From the NCBI GenBank assembly GCA_018396775.1, contig JAGTRF010000004.1, positions 16,214 through 80,213 of the forward strand: 64,000 nt of DNA. The letters are read 5' to 3'. Below are positions 46,918 through 56,905 of this stretch, piece after piece. This stretch comes from Candidatus Bathyarchaeota archaeon. Its GTDB lineage: Archaea; Thermoproteota; Bathyarchaeia; 40CM-2-53-6; DTDX01. Under the pieces are notes generated by a model that saw only the letters and a list, made by a program, of their open reading frames with translations, was not told where the DNA came from and did no database searches. Numbering within the stretch: the stretch's first letter is position 1; each line of letters opens with the position of its first letter. The position numbers and the translations under genes were made by a program.

Positions 46918-47607
46918 ATGTTAAAAATAAATAACTGTTTAAAAGGAAAAGTTAAATTAAAAAATCCAGTTTTAATTGAAGCTTTACCTGGAATAGGGCT
47001 TGTAGGTTATTTAGCTGGAGCTTATTTAATTCAAGAATTTAACGCTGAAAAAATTTATGAAATTATAACTTCAAACCTTCCAAACTTAACTTTTATAGAA
47101 AAGGGTGAAATTAAATATTCTTTTAATGCGCTTTACAAAATTCATAAAGCCAATTTAAATAGAGATTTAATGATTTTATTTGGTAATACTCAAGCTTCTC
47201 CTCCTTTAGATCAATATAAACTTTACAGCGAAATTTTAGATTTAACTAAACAAATGGGATGTAAAGAAGTTATATCAATTGGAGGCTTAAAAAGAGAGAA
47301 GCAACCTTTACAATTAAACATTTATTGCACAGCAACTAATAAAGAGATTTTAATGAAAGCATCAAATTTAGGTGCTAAAATTCTTTATGGAAAAGTTTTC
47401 GGTGCTGCCGGAGTTTTACCTGGGTTAGCAAAGCTTAAAGGTTTAAATGGTTTATGCATATTAGTGGATAGTTTAGGAGTTTATCCAGATGCTTCAGCTG
47501 CTCAAGCTGCATTAAAGTTTTTAAGCAGTTATTTAAATTTTCCAATATCAATTAAAAAATTCGAAAAAAGTTTAGAATGGGCTCAAAGCTTTTTAAGCAG
47601 CTTTTAA
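46918..47607 (+). CDS. PAC2-family protein (proteasome assembly chaperone 2 homologue; ORF track starts at TTG 46852)
   Basis: NPVLIEALPGIGLVGYLAGAYLIQEFNAEKIYEI resembles the N-terminus of archaeal PAC2 homologues. Confidence 0.55.
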   Translation: MLKINNCLKGKVKLKNPVLIEALPGIGLVGYLAGAYLIQEFNAEKIYEIITSNLPNLTFIEKGEIKYSFNALYKIHKANLNRDLMILFGNTQASPPLDQYKLYSEILDLTKQMGCKEVISIGGLKREKQPLQLNIYCTATNKEILMKASNLGAKILYGKVFGAAGVLPGLAKLKGLNGLCILVDSLGVYPDASAAQAALKFLSSYLNFPISIKKFEKSLEWAQSFLSSF

Positions 47608-47612
47608 AGCTT

Positions 47613-48062
47613 TTAAGGTTTGCCCCCCGCTTCTTTAATGAATTCTTCATAAACTTTCTTTGCTCTTTCAGCAGCTGGCCCAACCCCTTCAATAACACCA
47701 TTTGCTGTAACTCTTATTTTATCCATAACAATTATTACTCCGGCATCCTCCATAACTTTAACCATTTTTGGAAAAACTCTTTCTAATCTTTCAGCTAAAC
47801 CCTTTAAATCAAAAGGCTTCTCTATTTCTCTAATTTCCGAGATTACCCTCCCATAAATTATTATTCTAAATATGTTTTTACCATCTTGATCTTTAGCTTC
47901 AGTTAAGCAAACACTCATAGTATTAACTTCAACGCCAGATAAAACTCCAGTATATGTTTTTCCTAAATTAGTAGTTACAATAACGTTTTTTTGAATCATG
48001 GCAGCTAATTCTTCCATAAACCGTCTTTCACTTAATGTAGACAATTTTTTTCCTCTCTTCAA
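47613..48062 (-). CDS. Sm-like archaeal protein with C-terminal extension (SmAP3-like)
   Basis: Sm fold VIVTTNLGKTYTGVLSGVEVNTMSVCLTEAKDQDGKN...IIIYGRVISEI plus a ~70 aa C-terminal domain. Confidence 0.55.
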   Translation of the reverse strand: MKRGKKLSTLSERRFMEELAAMIQKNVIVTTNLGKTYTGVLSGVEVNTMSVCLTEAKDQDGKNIFRIIIYGRVISEIREIEKPFDLKGLAERLERVFPKMVKVMEDAGVIIVMDKIRVTANGVIEGVGPAAERAKKVYEEFIKEAGGKP

Positions 48063-48123
48063 ACTTTTCCTTTTTATTTTAAATTTATAAATTAGTAATC
48101 TTAATCAATAAAAATATTCTGTT

Positions 48124-48339
48124 TTAAATTTGCTTACGTTTAAAAAAAGCTTCCTTACTTTTTAAAATAATTTCTTTAGCTTCTCTAGCGGTTTCAGCTT
48201 CTCCAATTTTTCTTGCTTTATAAACGTGAATTAAAGCATTGCAATATGGGCATCTTTTAGTTTTCTGTTTCTTCATGCATAAAAAAAGTTTTCCGCATTT
48301 AATGCATTGAATCACCATAAAACTCATTAACTTTAACAC
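48124..48339 (-). CDS. small zinc-ribbon protein
   Basis: CIKCGKLF...x13...CPYCN; start is ambiguous and overlaps the upstream gene by up to 40 nt. Confidence 0.4.
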   Translation of the reverse strand: MLKLMSFMVIQCIKCGKLFLCMKKQKTKRCPYCNALIHVYKARKIGEAETAREAKEIILKSKEAFFKRKQI

Positions 48340-48934
48340 CTTTAATTAACTCTAAAAACTGTTTTAACTTACCTTCTTTATTCAACTCTTTTATCCAATC
48401 AACTTCTCCAAAAACACCTCTTCTTTTCTTAAGGTTTCTTAACGCTTCATTAATTAAGCTAGAGATGCCGCGTTTACTTGCGTTCAATTCGCATATTTTA
48501 TTTAAAGAATTTTTTCTATAACATTTTAACGCTTCAAATAAAGATGCATCAAGAAGTTCTGCAACAACATTTTCTAAAACTTTTTCGCTTGAGTATCCTT
48601 TAACCTCTAACCTCTTTTTTAAAATAATTGGATGACACCTTAAAATAAAAACTTTTTTAACTTGAGTTTTAGAAGCTATATAAGGCGTGTAATATCCATC
48701 CAATATAATTAAACCTTTTGTATGCTTTAAAAAAGAGTTAAGCCAAGCTTTCAATTTTTTAAAATCCACAATATATGTATCTCTTTTTGAATCAAAATCT
48801 TTTATAAAACCTTTTTTTAATGCTATTTCCCCAATATTCACATAGGTTGCTTTTAATTTTTTAGCTAAAGCTTTAGAAAACTTTGTTTTTCCAACACTTG
48901 GCACTCCTGAAACTAAAATTAAACGCGCCTTCAT
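48299..48934 (-). CDS. P-loop nucleoside/nucleotide kinase (AK6/Fap7-like adenylate-kinase-related)
   Basis: ILVSGVPSVGKTKFSKALAKKL Walker A; 211 aa. Confidence 0.5.
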   Translation of the reverse strand: MKARLILVSGVPSVGKTKFSKALAKKLKATYVNIGEIALKKGFIKDFDSKRDTYIVDFKKLKAWLNSFLKHTKGLIILDGYYTPYIASKTQVKKVFILRCHPIILKKRLEVKGYSSEKVLENVVAELLDASLFEALKCYRKNSLNKICELNASKRGISSLINEALRNLKKRRGVFGEVDWIKELNKEGKLKQFLELIKGVKVNEFYGDSMH

Positions 48935-49031
48935 ATTGAAAATCTCTAACTAATTAAACATAAAATTCTCAATTTTAAAATAAAAAATTTACTTTAAATT
49001 TAGTTTCATAAGCGGTTAAAGCTATAAAAGC

Positions 49032-50171
49032 TTAAATCCCAAAATTCTTTTTTATAATTGATTCATATATTAAAAGAGTTTCTTTAACAGCTTTATCCCA
49101 ATTGAAAAATTTTTCTATATGTTTTCTTCCATTTCTTCCCATTTTAATTCTTTCACCTTCATTTTCTAAAAGCCAAATTAAAGCTTCACCAAGTTTTTTT
49201 GAATTTTTAGGTGGAACAAGAATTCCTGTTTCTTTATTTTTTACTATTTCAGGTATTGCGCAATGGTTAAAAGCAACTACAGGTTTACCGCAAGCTTGAG
49301 CTTCAGCTAAAGGAAGCCCAAAACCTTCCCATAAGCTTGGAAAACAAAAAACATCGCAAGCTGCATAACATAAAGGCAACTCGTTTTCAGATGCATATCC
49401 AACAAATATTAAGGCTTGTTTAACTTTTTCATTTAAAATTTTTTCTATTCTTGGAAAATCGTATCTTGAAGCACCTACAATCATTAATTTAGCTTTAGGA
49501 ATTTGTTTTAAAACATGATTAAAAGCTTCAATAAGGAATTGGAGTCCTTTATAAGGGACTAATCTTCCAACAAATAGCACTATTGAATCTTGAATTTTAA
49601 ATTTCTCTTTTATAATGGAGCCATTAATGTTTGGATTAAATTTTTGTATATCTACCCCATTATAAACTACATGAATTTTTGATGAATCAATAAAATATTT
49701 TTTCTTTAATTCATTTTTAAGAAATTTACTTACAGTTATTATTTTATCAATTTTATTTCCTCTTAAAGAAAAAAATGTTCCTAAATTATGATCTATCATT
49801 TTAATTTTTTGTTTTGGGTTTACCCAGTATTTTATAGGTGCAAAACCATGATATGTAAATACATGAGGCGATTTATAAAAGGTTTTTAAATAATTTCCAA
49901 CGAAGATATCAGGGTGATATTGAGTGTGAATTAAATCAAAATTTTTAATTTTTCCGCAAGCAATCATAAATGTGAAATGTCTAATAAATGGAATATTCTC
50001 TAAAGAAGTTTTAACTTTAATTACTGGAATATTATTTAATTTAACTTCAGAAAACCTTGTAAAAATAAATACTTCATGACCAAGCTTTATCATTCTTTTA
50101 GCTAATTCTTTTATATGATTTGTTTGTCCAGAACCTGCGAGAAGAGAGCTTCTAACTATGGCGATTTTCAT
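49032..50171 (-). CDS. glycosyltransferase family 4 (GT-B, retaining)
   Basis: KIAIV...AGSGQTNHIKELAKRMIKLGHEV N-terminus; C-terminal EGFGLPLAEAQACGKPVVA (E-x7-E motif). Confidence 0.7.
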   Translation of the reverse strand: MKIAIVRSSLLAGSGQTNHIKELAKRMIKLGHEVFIFTRFSEVKLNNIPVIKVKTSLENIPFIRHFTFMIACGKIKNFDLIHTQYHPDIFVGNYLKTFYKSPHVFTYHGFAPIKYWVNPKQKIKMIDHNLGTFFSLRGNKIDKIITVSKFLKNELKKKYFIDSSKIHVVYNGVDIQKFNPNINGSIIKEKFKIQDSIVLFVGRLVPYKGLQFLIEAFNHVLKQIPKAKLMIVGASRYDFPRIEKILNEKVKQALIFVGYASENELPLCYAACDVFCFPSLWEGFGLPLAEAQACGKPVVAFNHCAIPEIVKNKETGILVPPKNSKKLGEALIWLLENEGERIKMGRNGRKHIEKFFNWDKAVKETLLIYESIIKKNFGI

Positions 50172-50176
50172 TTTAT

Positions 50177-51391
50177 TTAATTATAAATCTTTATTAAATA
50201 AGATTTTAATTTTCTAAATGTTTCAGCCTCCTCTTTTATTTTAGCTTCAGCTTCATCATTAGATAGGCTTGAAGCTTCTTTAATAAAGAACGCTACTTTC
50301 CCAAGCCATGCTGAATAAAAAGCTTTTAAAACGCTTAAAGAATCAAATTTTTCATTTAAATAATTAACTGTTAAAGAGTAAGCTATTTTCGCCCAGTTTT
50401 CATCTTCTAAATTCAGCTTTAATAAGTTTTTTAATAGCTTTTTTTCAAGAAGCTTTTTAAGAGTTAAAAAATTTTCTTTAACTTCTTTTTTAAATCTTAT
50501 TTTTTGAGTTTTAAAGTTTAATGGTAAAGCTTCAGGTTGCGGAAAAGGAAAATTTTCTTTTATTAAAATAGGCTTTAAAGGCTTTTTGATTTTCCACCAA
50601 AAATCTTTATATCGCTTTATGCAATCAAGCATTGAACCGGCCACTTCGATAAACATATTTTTAAGATGCACGCTTGGATCTTTAGCTTCATGAAGCTTTG
50701 ATCCTAAGAAAACTTCATAAACTTTATATCCTTTAGCTATAGCTGAGTGCGTAATAAAAATATCTATACCAAAACGTTGAGTAAAATTGGTTTTCCAAAG
50801 CGGGTTTTGAAGTAAATCCTTTATTAAGCTTTTTGAAAAAGCAAAATCGCCTCCAATAGGCTGCCTTATATCACATTCATAAACGCCTTTAGTGAATGGG
50901 TAACATAAATGATTTGTAATATTGCCGTCAAATTTATCTCTAATATAAAATGGTGCAGTTAAATCTCCATTTTTATTTATAATAGAGTTGAATAAAACTT
51001 TAATCCACTCTGGTTTTACACTTCTTAAATCTGAGTCTAAAATAATTACTGAATCTGAATTAAGGTTTATAGACGCCTCCATTATAGCTTTAACAGCTGA
51101 ACCTTTCCCAGAAACCCCTTTATATTTACCTAAAATTAAGTTAATTTTGCTTGGAAGCTTAAAAGCTTTAACTACATTTAAAGTTCCATCGTTTGATCCT
51201 CCATCAGAAACAAAAATTGTAAAAGAAAAGTTTGGAAAATAATTTATAAGACCTAAAGCAGATTGATAAATTACATAATTTATAGTTGATGCACAATTGT
51301 AAGATGGTATACCTATTAAAAGATTAGTTTGTTTAATTTTATTAAGTTGTTTCTCCAAATTTTTAGTTAATGAAGATTTAATAACATTCAT
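50177..51391 (-). CDS. GT-A fold glycosyltransferase (GT2/GT81-like, glycosyl-3-phosphoglycerate-synthase-like)
   Basis: LIGIPSYNCASTI...VSDGGSNDGT...SGKGSAVKAIMEA...ILDSDL (DxD). Confidence 0.6.
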   Translation of the reverse strand: MNVIKSSLTKNLEKQLNKIKQTNLLIGIPSYNCASTINYVIYQSALGLINYFPNFSFTIFVSDGGSNDGTLNVVKAFKLPSKINLILGKYKGVSGKGSAVKAIMEASINLNSDSVIILDSDLRSVKPEWIKVLFNSIINKNGDLTAPFYIRDKFDGNITNHLCYPFTKGVYECDIRQPIGGDFAFSKSLIKDLLQNPLWKTNFTQRFGIDIFITHSAIAKGYKVYEVFLGSKLHEAKDPSVHLKNMFIEVAGSMLDCIKRYKDFWWKIKKPLKPILIKENFPFPQPEALPLNFKTQKIRFKKEVKENFLTLKKLLEKKLLKNLLKLNLEDENWAKIAYSLTVNYLNEKFDSLSVLKAFYSAWLGKVAFFIKEASSLSNDEAEAKIKEEAETFRKLKSYLIKIYN

Positions 51392-52812
51392 ATTTTTACT
51401 ACACCATTTTTGCTTAAAAGCTCAAGAGTGTAAGCAACCGCTTTTCTTCTTAAAAAGTTTTGAAATTTTTGTCCTTCTAAAGTTTTTGTTAAATTTATCC
51501 ATGGAGACGTTTTCTTCACAGGTTTAACTCCGTGATTTAGCATAGTTAATTCTTTACGTAAAATTTCAGAATATTGAGATACTCTTTCTTTATCGCCTTT
51601 AATATCTTTATAAAATGTTCGTTTAACTTTATGGTTAACTTCAGTTTTCACTTCAGCTTTATCATATAAACTCTGAGAAGCCTCAATAATTTTATAAGCT
51701 TCTTGAAGATATTCCTTAACAATTTCTTCTTTATTAATTTTATAATCTTTAAATTCATACAAAATAAGGGAAGTTATTTCTTTAACCATTTCCCTCATTG
51801 CTTCTTCGTTTCGAGGAAAATGCTGAAACAAACTTAAATCTACTTCAACAATTTTATCAAGCATTTTTCTTTTCCATAATTCAATTAAAATACCTGCTTC
51901 TACGCTGTAATTCGCTGGAAAACTTAATGACTCTATAAGGCTTTTTTTTCCAGCATACTCTCCTGAAAGCGGATACTTAAGCTTATCTAAATCCGCTAAA
52001 ACTCCTTTTTTACTTAAAACTTTTAATAAAGGAATTAAAAATAACCGTGTAACTCTTCCCCCAATTTTATAGAAACCTTTTTCTGGAGCATCTATATTTA
52101 TGGATAACCTTGTGTAATAAGCTTTAGTTAATTCAACCTTAATTTTTTCATCTTTAAATGTTTTTAAAAGAGGTTTAATTAAAGAGGCTATTTGCCATTC
52201 CTCAAGATTTTTTATATCACTATCTAAAAAAACTATTATATCACCTGATGAAATTCCAACCCCAAGCCAAAGGGCTGCACCTTTACCAGCAGGAAAGGCT
52301 TCAGGTAAAATATTTAATTGTTTTATAATCGTGTTTACTTGAGAATCCAATTGATGAATTACTTTAAATACAAAATCATAAAGGCCTAGCTTAGCTTTAT
52401 CTTTTAAAGCTGGAAACTTATTTAACATATTTACTTGATCATGAAAGAGAGTCATTTTTCTATAAGCTGATAACACTAAACGCTTTACTAAAGATTCATC
52501 AATCTCCATTTTTTTAGTTCTGCTTCCATCAACAATAATTACTTCATCAATTAATCCTTTAGACAAAAGTTGATCAAGAATAATTAATTCATTCCTTATA
52601 ACTTCATATCTATAACCATAAAGGTCTTCTGGTGTTGTTAGAAAGGTTGGAATTACAACTGAAATATTTATTGGGCGGATAAAATTATATTCATCTTTTA
52701 TAAGAGTTGAGCGCTTAAGTTTTAAAGCTTCTTCAGTAACGCTTAACCGTTTTCTATAAGCAATTTTCTCTATAAACCTATAAAAGCTTTTTTTAAAAAG
52801 TTTCACATTCAA
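51388..52812 (-). CDS. GT-A fold glycosyltransferase, glucosyl/mannosyl-3-phosphoglycerate-synthase-like (GT81/GT55-like), with C-terminal extension
   Basis: ISVVIPTF...IIVDGS...PAGKGAALWLGVGISSGDIIVFLDSDI is the pattern of GpgS-type retaining synthases. Confidence 0.55.
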   Translation of the reverse strand: MNVKLFKKSFYRFIEKIAYRKRLSVTEEALKLKRSTLIKDEYNFIRPINISVVIPTFLTTPEDLYGYRYEVIRNELIILDQLLSKGLIDEVIIVDGSRTKKMEIDESLVKRLVLSAYRKMTLFHDQVNMLNKFPALKDKAKLGLYDFVFKVIHQLDSQVNTIIKQLNILPEAFPAGKGAALWLGVGISSGDIIVFLDSDIKNLEEWQIASLIKPLLKTFKDEKIKVELTKAYYTRLSINIDAPEKGFYKIGGRVTRLFLIPLLKVLSKKGVLADLDKLKYPLSGEYAGKKSLIESLSFPANYSVEAGILIELWKRKMLDKIVEVDLSLFQHFPRNEEAMREMVKEITSLILYEFKDYKINKEEIVKEYLQEAYKIIEASQSLYDKAEVKTEVNHKVKRTFYKDIKGDKERVSQYSEILRKELTMLNHGVKPVKKTSPWINLTKTLEGQKFQNFLRRKAVAYTLELLSKNGVVKI

Positions 52813-52984
52813 TTTACCACTAGTAAATTAAACTTTTATAAAATAAAAATGTAATGTTCGAATCAAAAGAAATAAGTTCTTTTATTAAATTTCGCTTTAA
52901 AAATTCTATATTATTAATTAATATTTAATAAAACATGGAGATTTCCTTTTTATTAAATGAAGTTAAAGTAAAAAGGTGATAAAA

Positions 52985-54247
52985 ATGAAGAGAATTGGAA
53001 TTGTTCATTATACTGCTCCAGAAAAAGAAGTTGGAGGAGTAGAAGTAGTTATAGATGCGCATGCACGTCACTTAAGTAAGAGAGGATTTGAAGTTTACTT
53101 GATTTATGGTAAAGGTGGAGGGTTGAATTATGAAAATTTAGTTGAGTATGAAGCGCCTTTGCTTTCACCTACGCATCCTTTAATAGAGAAAGTTCAAAGC
53201 GAAATTTTAAAAGAACAAAAAGAAACTTTAAATTTTAAAGAATTAAAAAACAATATTAAAGAAGAGTTATTTAAATTAATTTCTAAATTAAATGTTTGCA
53301 TAATTCATAATATTCCATCTATGCATTTTAATTTTGCAGTTACAGCGGCTATAAACGAGTTGGTTGATGAATTAAAAAAAGTTAAGTTTATTTTTTGGCT
53401 TCATGATAGCATATTGTTTAGAAGCGAATTTAAAAATGAAGTTGAAAGTTTTCCATTTACTCTTTTACATTATAAAAATCCTAAAGTAATTTATGTTACT
53501 CCAACAAGAGTTAGAGCAAACCAGTTTGCGCAATTACCTGAAAAATATAAAATTCAAGAAATTCATGTTATTTCAAATGGAGTTGATGTAGAAGAATATG
53601 TTAAAATAGATGAGGTTACAAAGCTGCTTATGAAAAAGCTTGGTTTATCTTTTGAAGATTATATTCTAGTTACTCCAGTGCGGGTTACACCGAGAAAAAA
53701 CATAGAGCTGGCAATTTTTGTAGTTGATGAATTAAAGCATTTAATGGGTTTATCGAAAATTGTTAAGCTTTTGATAACTGGGCCTCCAGATCATCAAGCG
53801 CGAAAAATGGGAATAGCATATTGGGATTATCTTCAAGAGTTAATTGCAAAAAGAAATCTTCAAGAAAACATAATTTTCTGTCATAATATTATTGCTCAAA
53901 GAAGAGAATATGAAAATGGAGAGATAAAAAAATGGAGTGTTGCAGATGTTTATAATGTAGCTGATTTAATTTTTATTCCAAGCAAAGAGGAAGGTTTTGG
54001 GTTACCTGTAATAGAGGCGGGCGCCTCTAGAAAACCAATATTTTGCTCTAGAATTCCACCCTTTCAAGAGCTTATAAGAGACGATATAGAAGGTTATATG
54101 TTTGATTTAAATGATGATCCGAAAAGCATAGCGTTTAGAATCTATAGGGAATTTTTAACAGATAAAGTGGAAACAAACTTTAATAATGTTATAAAAAGGT
54201 TTAGCTGGGATAATATAATAGAAAAAAAGATTATTCCCATTCTTTAA
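52985..54247 (+). CDS. glycosyltransferase family 4 (ORF track starts at GTG 52976; ATG 52985 has a GGTG ribosome-binding site 8 nt upstream)
   Basis: RIGIVHYTAPEKEVGGVEVVIDAHARHLSKRGFEV...EGFGLPVIEAGASRKPIFCS. Confidence 0.65.
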   Translation: MKRIGIVHYTAPEKEVGGVEVVIDAHARHLSKRGFEVYLIYGKGGGLNYENLVEYEAPLLSPTHPLIEKVQSEILKEQKETLNFKELKNNIKEELFKLISKLNVCIIHNIPSMHFNFAVTAAINELVDELKKVKFIFWLHDSILFRSEFKNEVESFPFTLLHYKNPKVIYVTPTRVRANQFAQLPEKYKIQEIHVISNGVDVEEYVKIDEVTKLLMKKLGLSFEDYILVTPVRVTPRKNIELAIFVVDELKHLMGLSKIVKLLITGPPDHQARKMGIAYWDYLQELIAKRNLQENIIFCHNIIAQRREYENGEIKKWSVADVYNVADLIFIPSKEEGFGLPVIEAGASRKPIFCSRIPPFQELIRDDIEGYMFDLNDDPKSIAFRIYREFLTDKVETNFNNVIKRFSWDNIIEKKIIPIL

Positions 54248-54926
54248 AAAAACGGTTAAAAACTAAGCTTTCTTCAAGAAACTTTATTGCTTCTTGAAAA
54301 CTTGAAACTATTTTATGAGCTTTCTCTTTTAACGCTAAACTTTTAGGTTTATAAGCTATAGCGATATTCGCTCCTGTAAAAGCGCATAAATCTGGGTCGC
54401 TGTCGCCTATGCAAATGGAAACACCATTAAAAAAGCGTTTAAGTTTATTTAAATACCATAGCTTACATACAGCAAATTCTCTGCATCCTTGAATCTTCAT
54501 GCAATGCTGTTTAGTTAAAACTTTACCTGTAGCCCTATCTCTTTTAAACTCAAGAATGTTTCCATAAACTTTATTTATACCAAGTCTTTTAGCCAGGTTT
54601 TCTCCAAGAAATTGAAAAGAATCTGTTGCAATAGCTACGATAAATCCTTGATTTTTAAGGTAATTTATAAATTGCTCTGCATTAGGTTCCAGGGGTATTG
54701 AAGAGAAAATTTCTTCAAGTTCCCTTTTTCTTTTACCAGCTAAAAGTTTAGCTATTTGCTCAGTTACCTTATATGCAGGAACTTTTAAAGCCCATTTATT
54801 TATTTCTTTAAGCTCTTGAGTAAAACCTAGTGTGGAGCATAAAACATCGATAGATCGTTTTGATAAAATTGTTCCATCCATATCTATAATAGCCACGCCT
54901 GTTAAATTATTCATTTCCATAATCAT
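54231..54926 (-). CDS. HAD-superfamily phosphatase (phosphoserine-phosphatase-like subfamily IB)
   Basis: Motif I IIDMDGTIL; motif II IATDS; motif III/IV K...GDSDPD. Confidence 0.7.
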   Translation of the reverse strand: MIMEMNNLTGVAIIDMDGTILSKRSIDVLCSTLGFTQELKEINKWALKVPAYKVTEQIAKLLAGKRKRELEEIFSSIPLEPNAEQFINYLKNQGFIVAIATDSFQFLGENLAKRLGINKVYGNILEFKRDRATGKVLTKQHCMKIQGCREFAVCKLWYLNKLKRFFNGVSICIGDSDPDLCAFTGANIAIAYKPKSLALKEKAHKIVSSFQEAIKFLEESLVFNRFFKEWE

Positions 54927-54985
54927 ATTTAAGTGGTAAAGCTTAAATATAAATTTAGATTATGAATAAAAGTAGGGGGAAATTG

Positions 54986-55717
54986 ATGAGTTTTATTCCA
55001 GAATTATGGGTTAAATTTATTGATTCAATAGTTGAGCTTCTTCCTAAAATTGCTGGTGCAATAATTGTATTAATTATAGGGTGGGTTTCTGGAAGAGCGT
55101 TTGGAAAATTAGCCTTAAAAATTACTGAAAAAACTGGTGTGAGCAAAGTTTTAAGAAAAACAATTGTTGGAAGAGCTTTAGAAAGCTCAGGTGTTACTAT
55201 GAGCAAATTCTTCGACATTCTCATTAGATGGTTTATATACTTAATCGCAATTTTAGCAGCTGTAGATATTTTAAAAATAGAGGCTTTAAGCAAAATTATA
55301 GGGTTAATTGTTCAGTATCTTCCAAGCTTTTTAGCTGGAATAGTAATCTTGCTTGCTGGTTTAGTTATCGCTGATTTTATTGGTGATGCTGTAGCAGCTA
55401 TTGGAAGAGAAGCGAAAATAGAGTTTGCAGGTTTTCTATCAATTATAACAAGATCAGTATTATATTTTGTTGTAATAATAATAGCTTTAACTGTAATGAA
55501 GATCGACGTATCTCTTTTATACATGTTTGCTAATGCTTTAGCTTGGGGAATAGCAATTGGCGTTGGAGCAGCATTAGGAATAGCGTTAGGTTTAGGGCTT
55601 AAAGATTACGTTTCTAAAAACGCTGAAAAATGGTTGAAAGGATTCGCAGAAACAACTAAAAAAACTGAAGATTTTTGGAGTTGGTATACTAGAAGAGAAA
55701 AAGAAGAATCTCAGTAA
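54986..55717 (+). CDS. membrane protein with tandem conserved-TM-helix repeats (MscS N-terminal-like)
   Basis: Internal repeat LPKIAGAIIVLIIGWVSGRAFGK / LPSFLAGIVILLAGLVIADFIGD. AGGGGG ribosome-binding site 8 nt upstream of ATG 54986 (ORF track starts at 54962). Confidence 0.55.
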   Translation: MSFIPELWVKFIDSIVELLPKIAGAIIVLIIGWVSGRAFGKLALKITEKTGVSKVLRKTIVGRALESSGVTMSKFFDILIRWFIYLIAILAAVDILKIEALSKIIGLIVQYLPSFLAGIVILLAGLVIADFIGDAVAAIGREAKIEFAGFLSIITRSVLYFVVIIIALTVMKIDVSLLYMFANALAWGIAIGVGAALGIALGLGLKDYVSKNAEKWLKGFAETTKKTEDFWSWYTRREKEESQ

Positions 55718-55864
55718 AAGTTTTCGCTCTTATTGCTTTTAAATTTAATATATAGAGGGCTATCGATATTTTTGAGTAAAGCACTCTCATTTATAACAAC
55801 TTTAAGTTTAATTAAGCTTAATTATCTAGTTATATTTATATATGAGCTTATTAATTAGCTTTAA

Positions 55865-56905
55865 TTGAAGATAAAATTGGTTAAATTAAAGGCTAGAGAA
55901 GGCGATTTTCTTTTAACAATAGATAAACTCTTCTTTGATGTTAAAGGCTATTTACATCCCCCTGATCGAATAATAAGCTTTATTCGTTATTATCCAAGCA
56001 AAAGAGGAGAAAGAATCGTTAATAAAGAAAAATACGCGAAAATTTACGAGTTAAAAAAAAGATTTAAATTTCTTAAGAAAAAATATCCAATTTACATTTA
56101 TTATGATGGCGTTTTCCACTCTATAATACAGGGCGTTCCAATAAATATGGTTAAGAAGCTTTATAATCCTAAAGAAAAAGTTAAGGAATTAATGAAAAAC
56201 AACAAATTTAAAGTTGAAAGTGAAGCATTAAATTTAATTCAAGCTTTAGGTAAAGAAGCTAATCAAGAAATAAATAGATTCGGGGTTACAGGCTCAATTT
56301 TAGTAAATTTATTTACAAATGATTCAGATTTAGATGTGATTGTTTATGGATTTAAAGCAGCTGTTAAAGTTTATGAAGCTTTAAGAAAGTTAATTCAAGA
56401 AAGAAAAGAGTTTAAACCATGCGATAAAAAAGAATTATATAAAATTTATTTAGCTAGAGGAATGAATAAAGCTTTAAGCTTTAAAGATTTTTATGAAAAT
56501 GAGAAGAACAAGATTCTTCAAGGAAAATTTCATGAAAAAAACTATTTCATAAGATGCGTTAAAGACTGGAATGAAGTAAAAGAAGCTTATGGAGATGAAA
56601 TCTATTATCCAATTGGATTAAGCAAAATTAAAGCTATAGTGATTAATAACGAAGAAAGCATTTTAACACCTTGTAAATATGAAGTTTCTAATATTAAAGT
56701 TTTATCTGGAAGAAAAGCATTAATAAAGGAGATCGTATCTTTTAGAGGAAGATTCTGTGAGGCAGCTTCTATTGGAGATAAAATAATTGCTAGAGGCAAG
56801 CTTGAGAAAGTAATAAATGCGAAAGACAATAGTGAATTTCACCGTTTAATTTTAGGAGAAAACTCTAAAGACTTCCTAATTGTTAAGGAGAAAAGTAAAA
56901 CTTGA
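55865..56905 (+). CDS. uncharacterised protein with central pol-beta-type nucleotidyltransferase motif (paralogue A of three)
   Basis: N-terminal FFDVKGYLHPPDRIISFIRYYPSK; core NRFGVTGSILVNLFTNDSDLDVIVYG (hG[GS]-x9-13-DhD); C-terminal ESILTPCKYEV...EIVSFRGRF...GKLEKV...FHRLILG. TTG start; overlaps paralogue B by 4 nt. Confidence 0.6.
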   Translation: MKIKLVKLKAREGDFLLTIDKLFFDVKGYLHPPDRIISFIRYYPSKRGERIVNKEKYAKIYELKKRFKFLKKKYPIYIYYDGVFHSIIQGVPINMVKKLYNPKEKVKELMKNNKFKVESEALNLIQALGKEANQEINRFGVTGSILVNLFTNDSDLDVIVYGFKAAVKVYEALRKLIQERKEFKPCDKKELYKIYLARGMNKALSFKDFYENEKNKILQGKFHEKNYFIRCVKDWNEVKEAYGDEIYYPIGLSKIKAIVINNEESILTPCKYEVSNIKVLSGRKALIKEIVSFRGRFCEAASIGDKIIARGKLEKVINAKDNSEFHRLILGENSKDFLIVKEKSKT

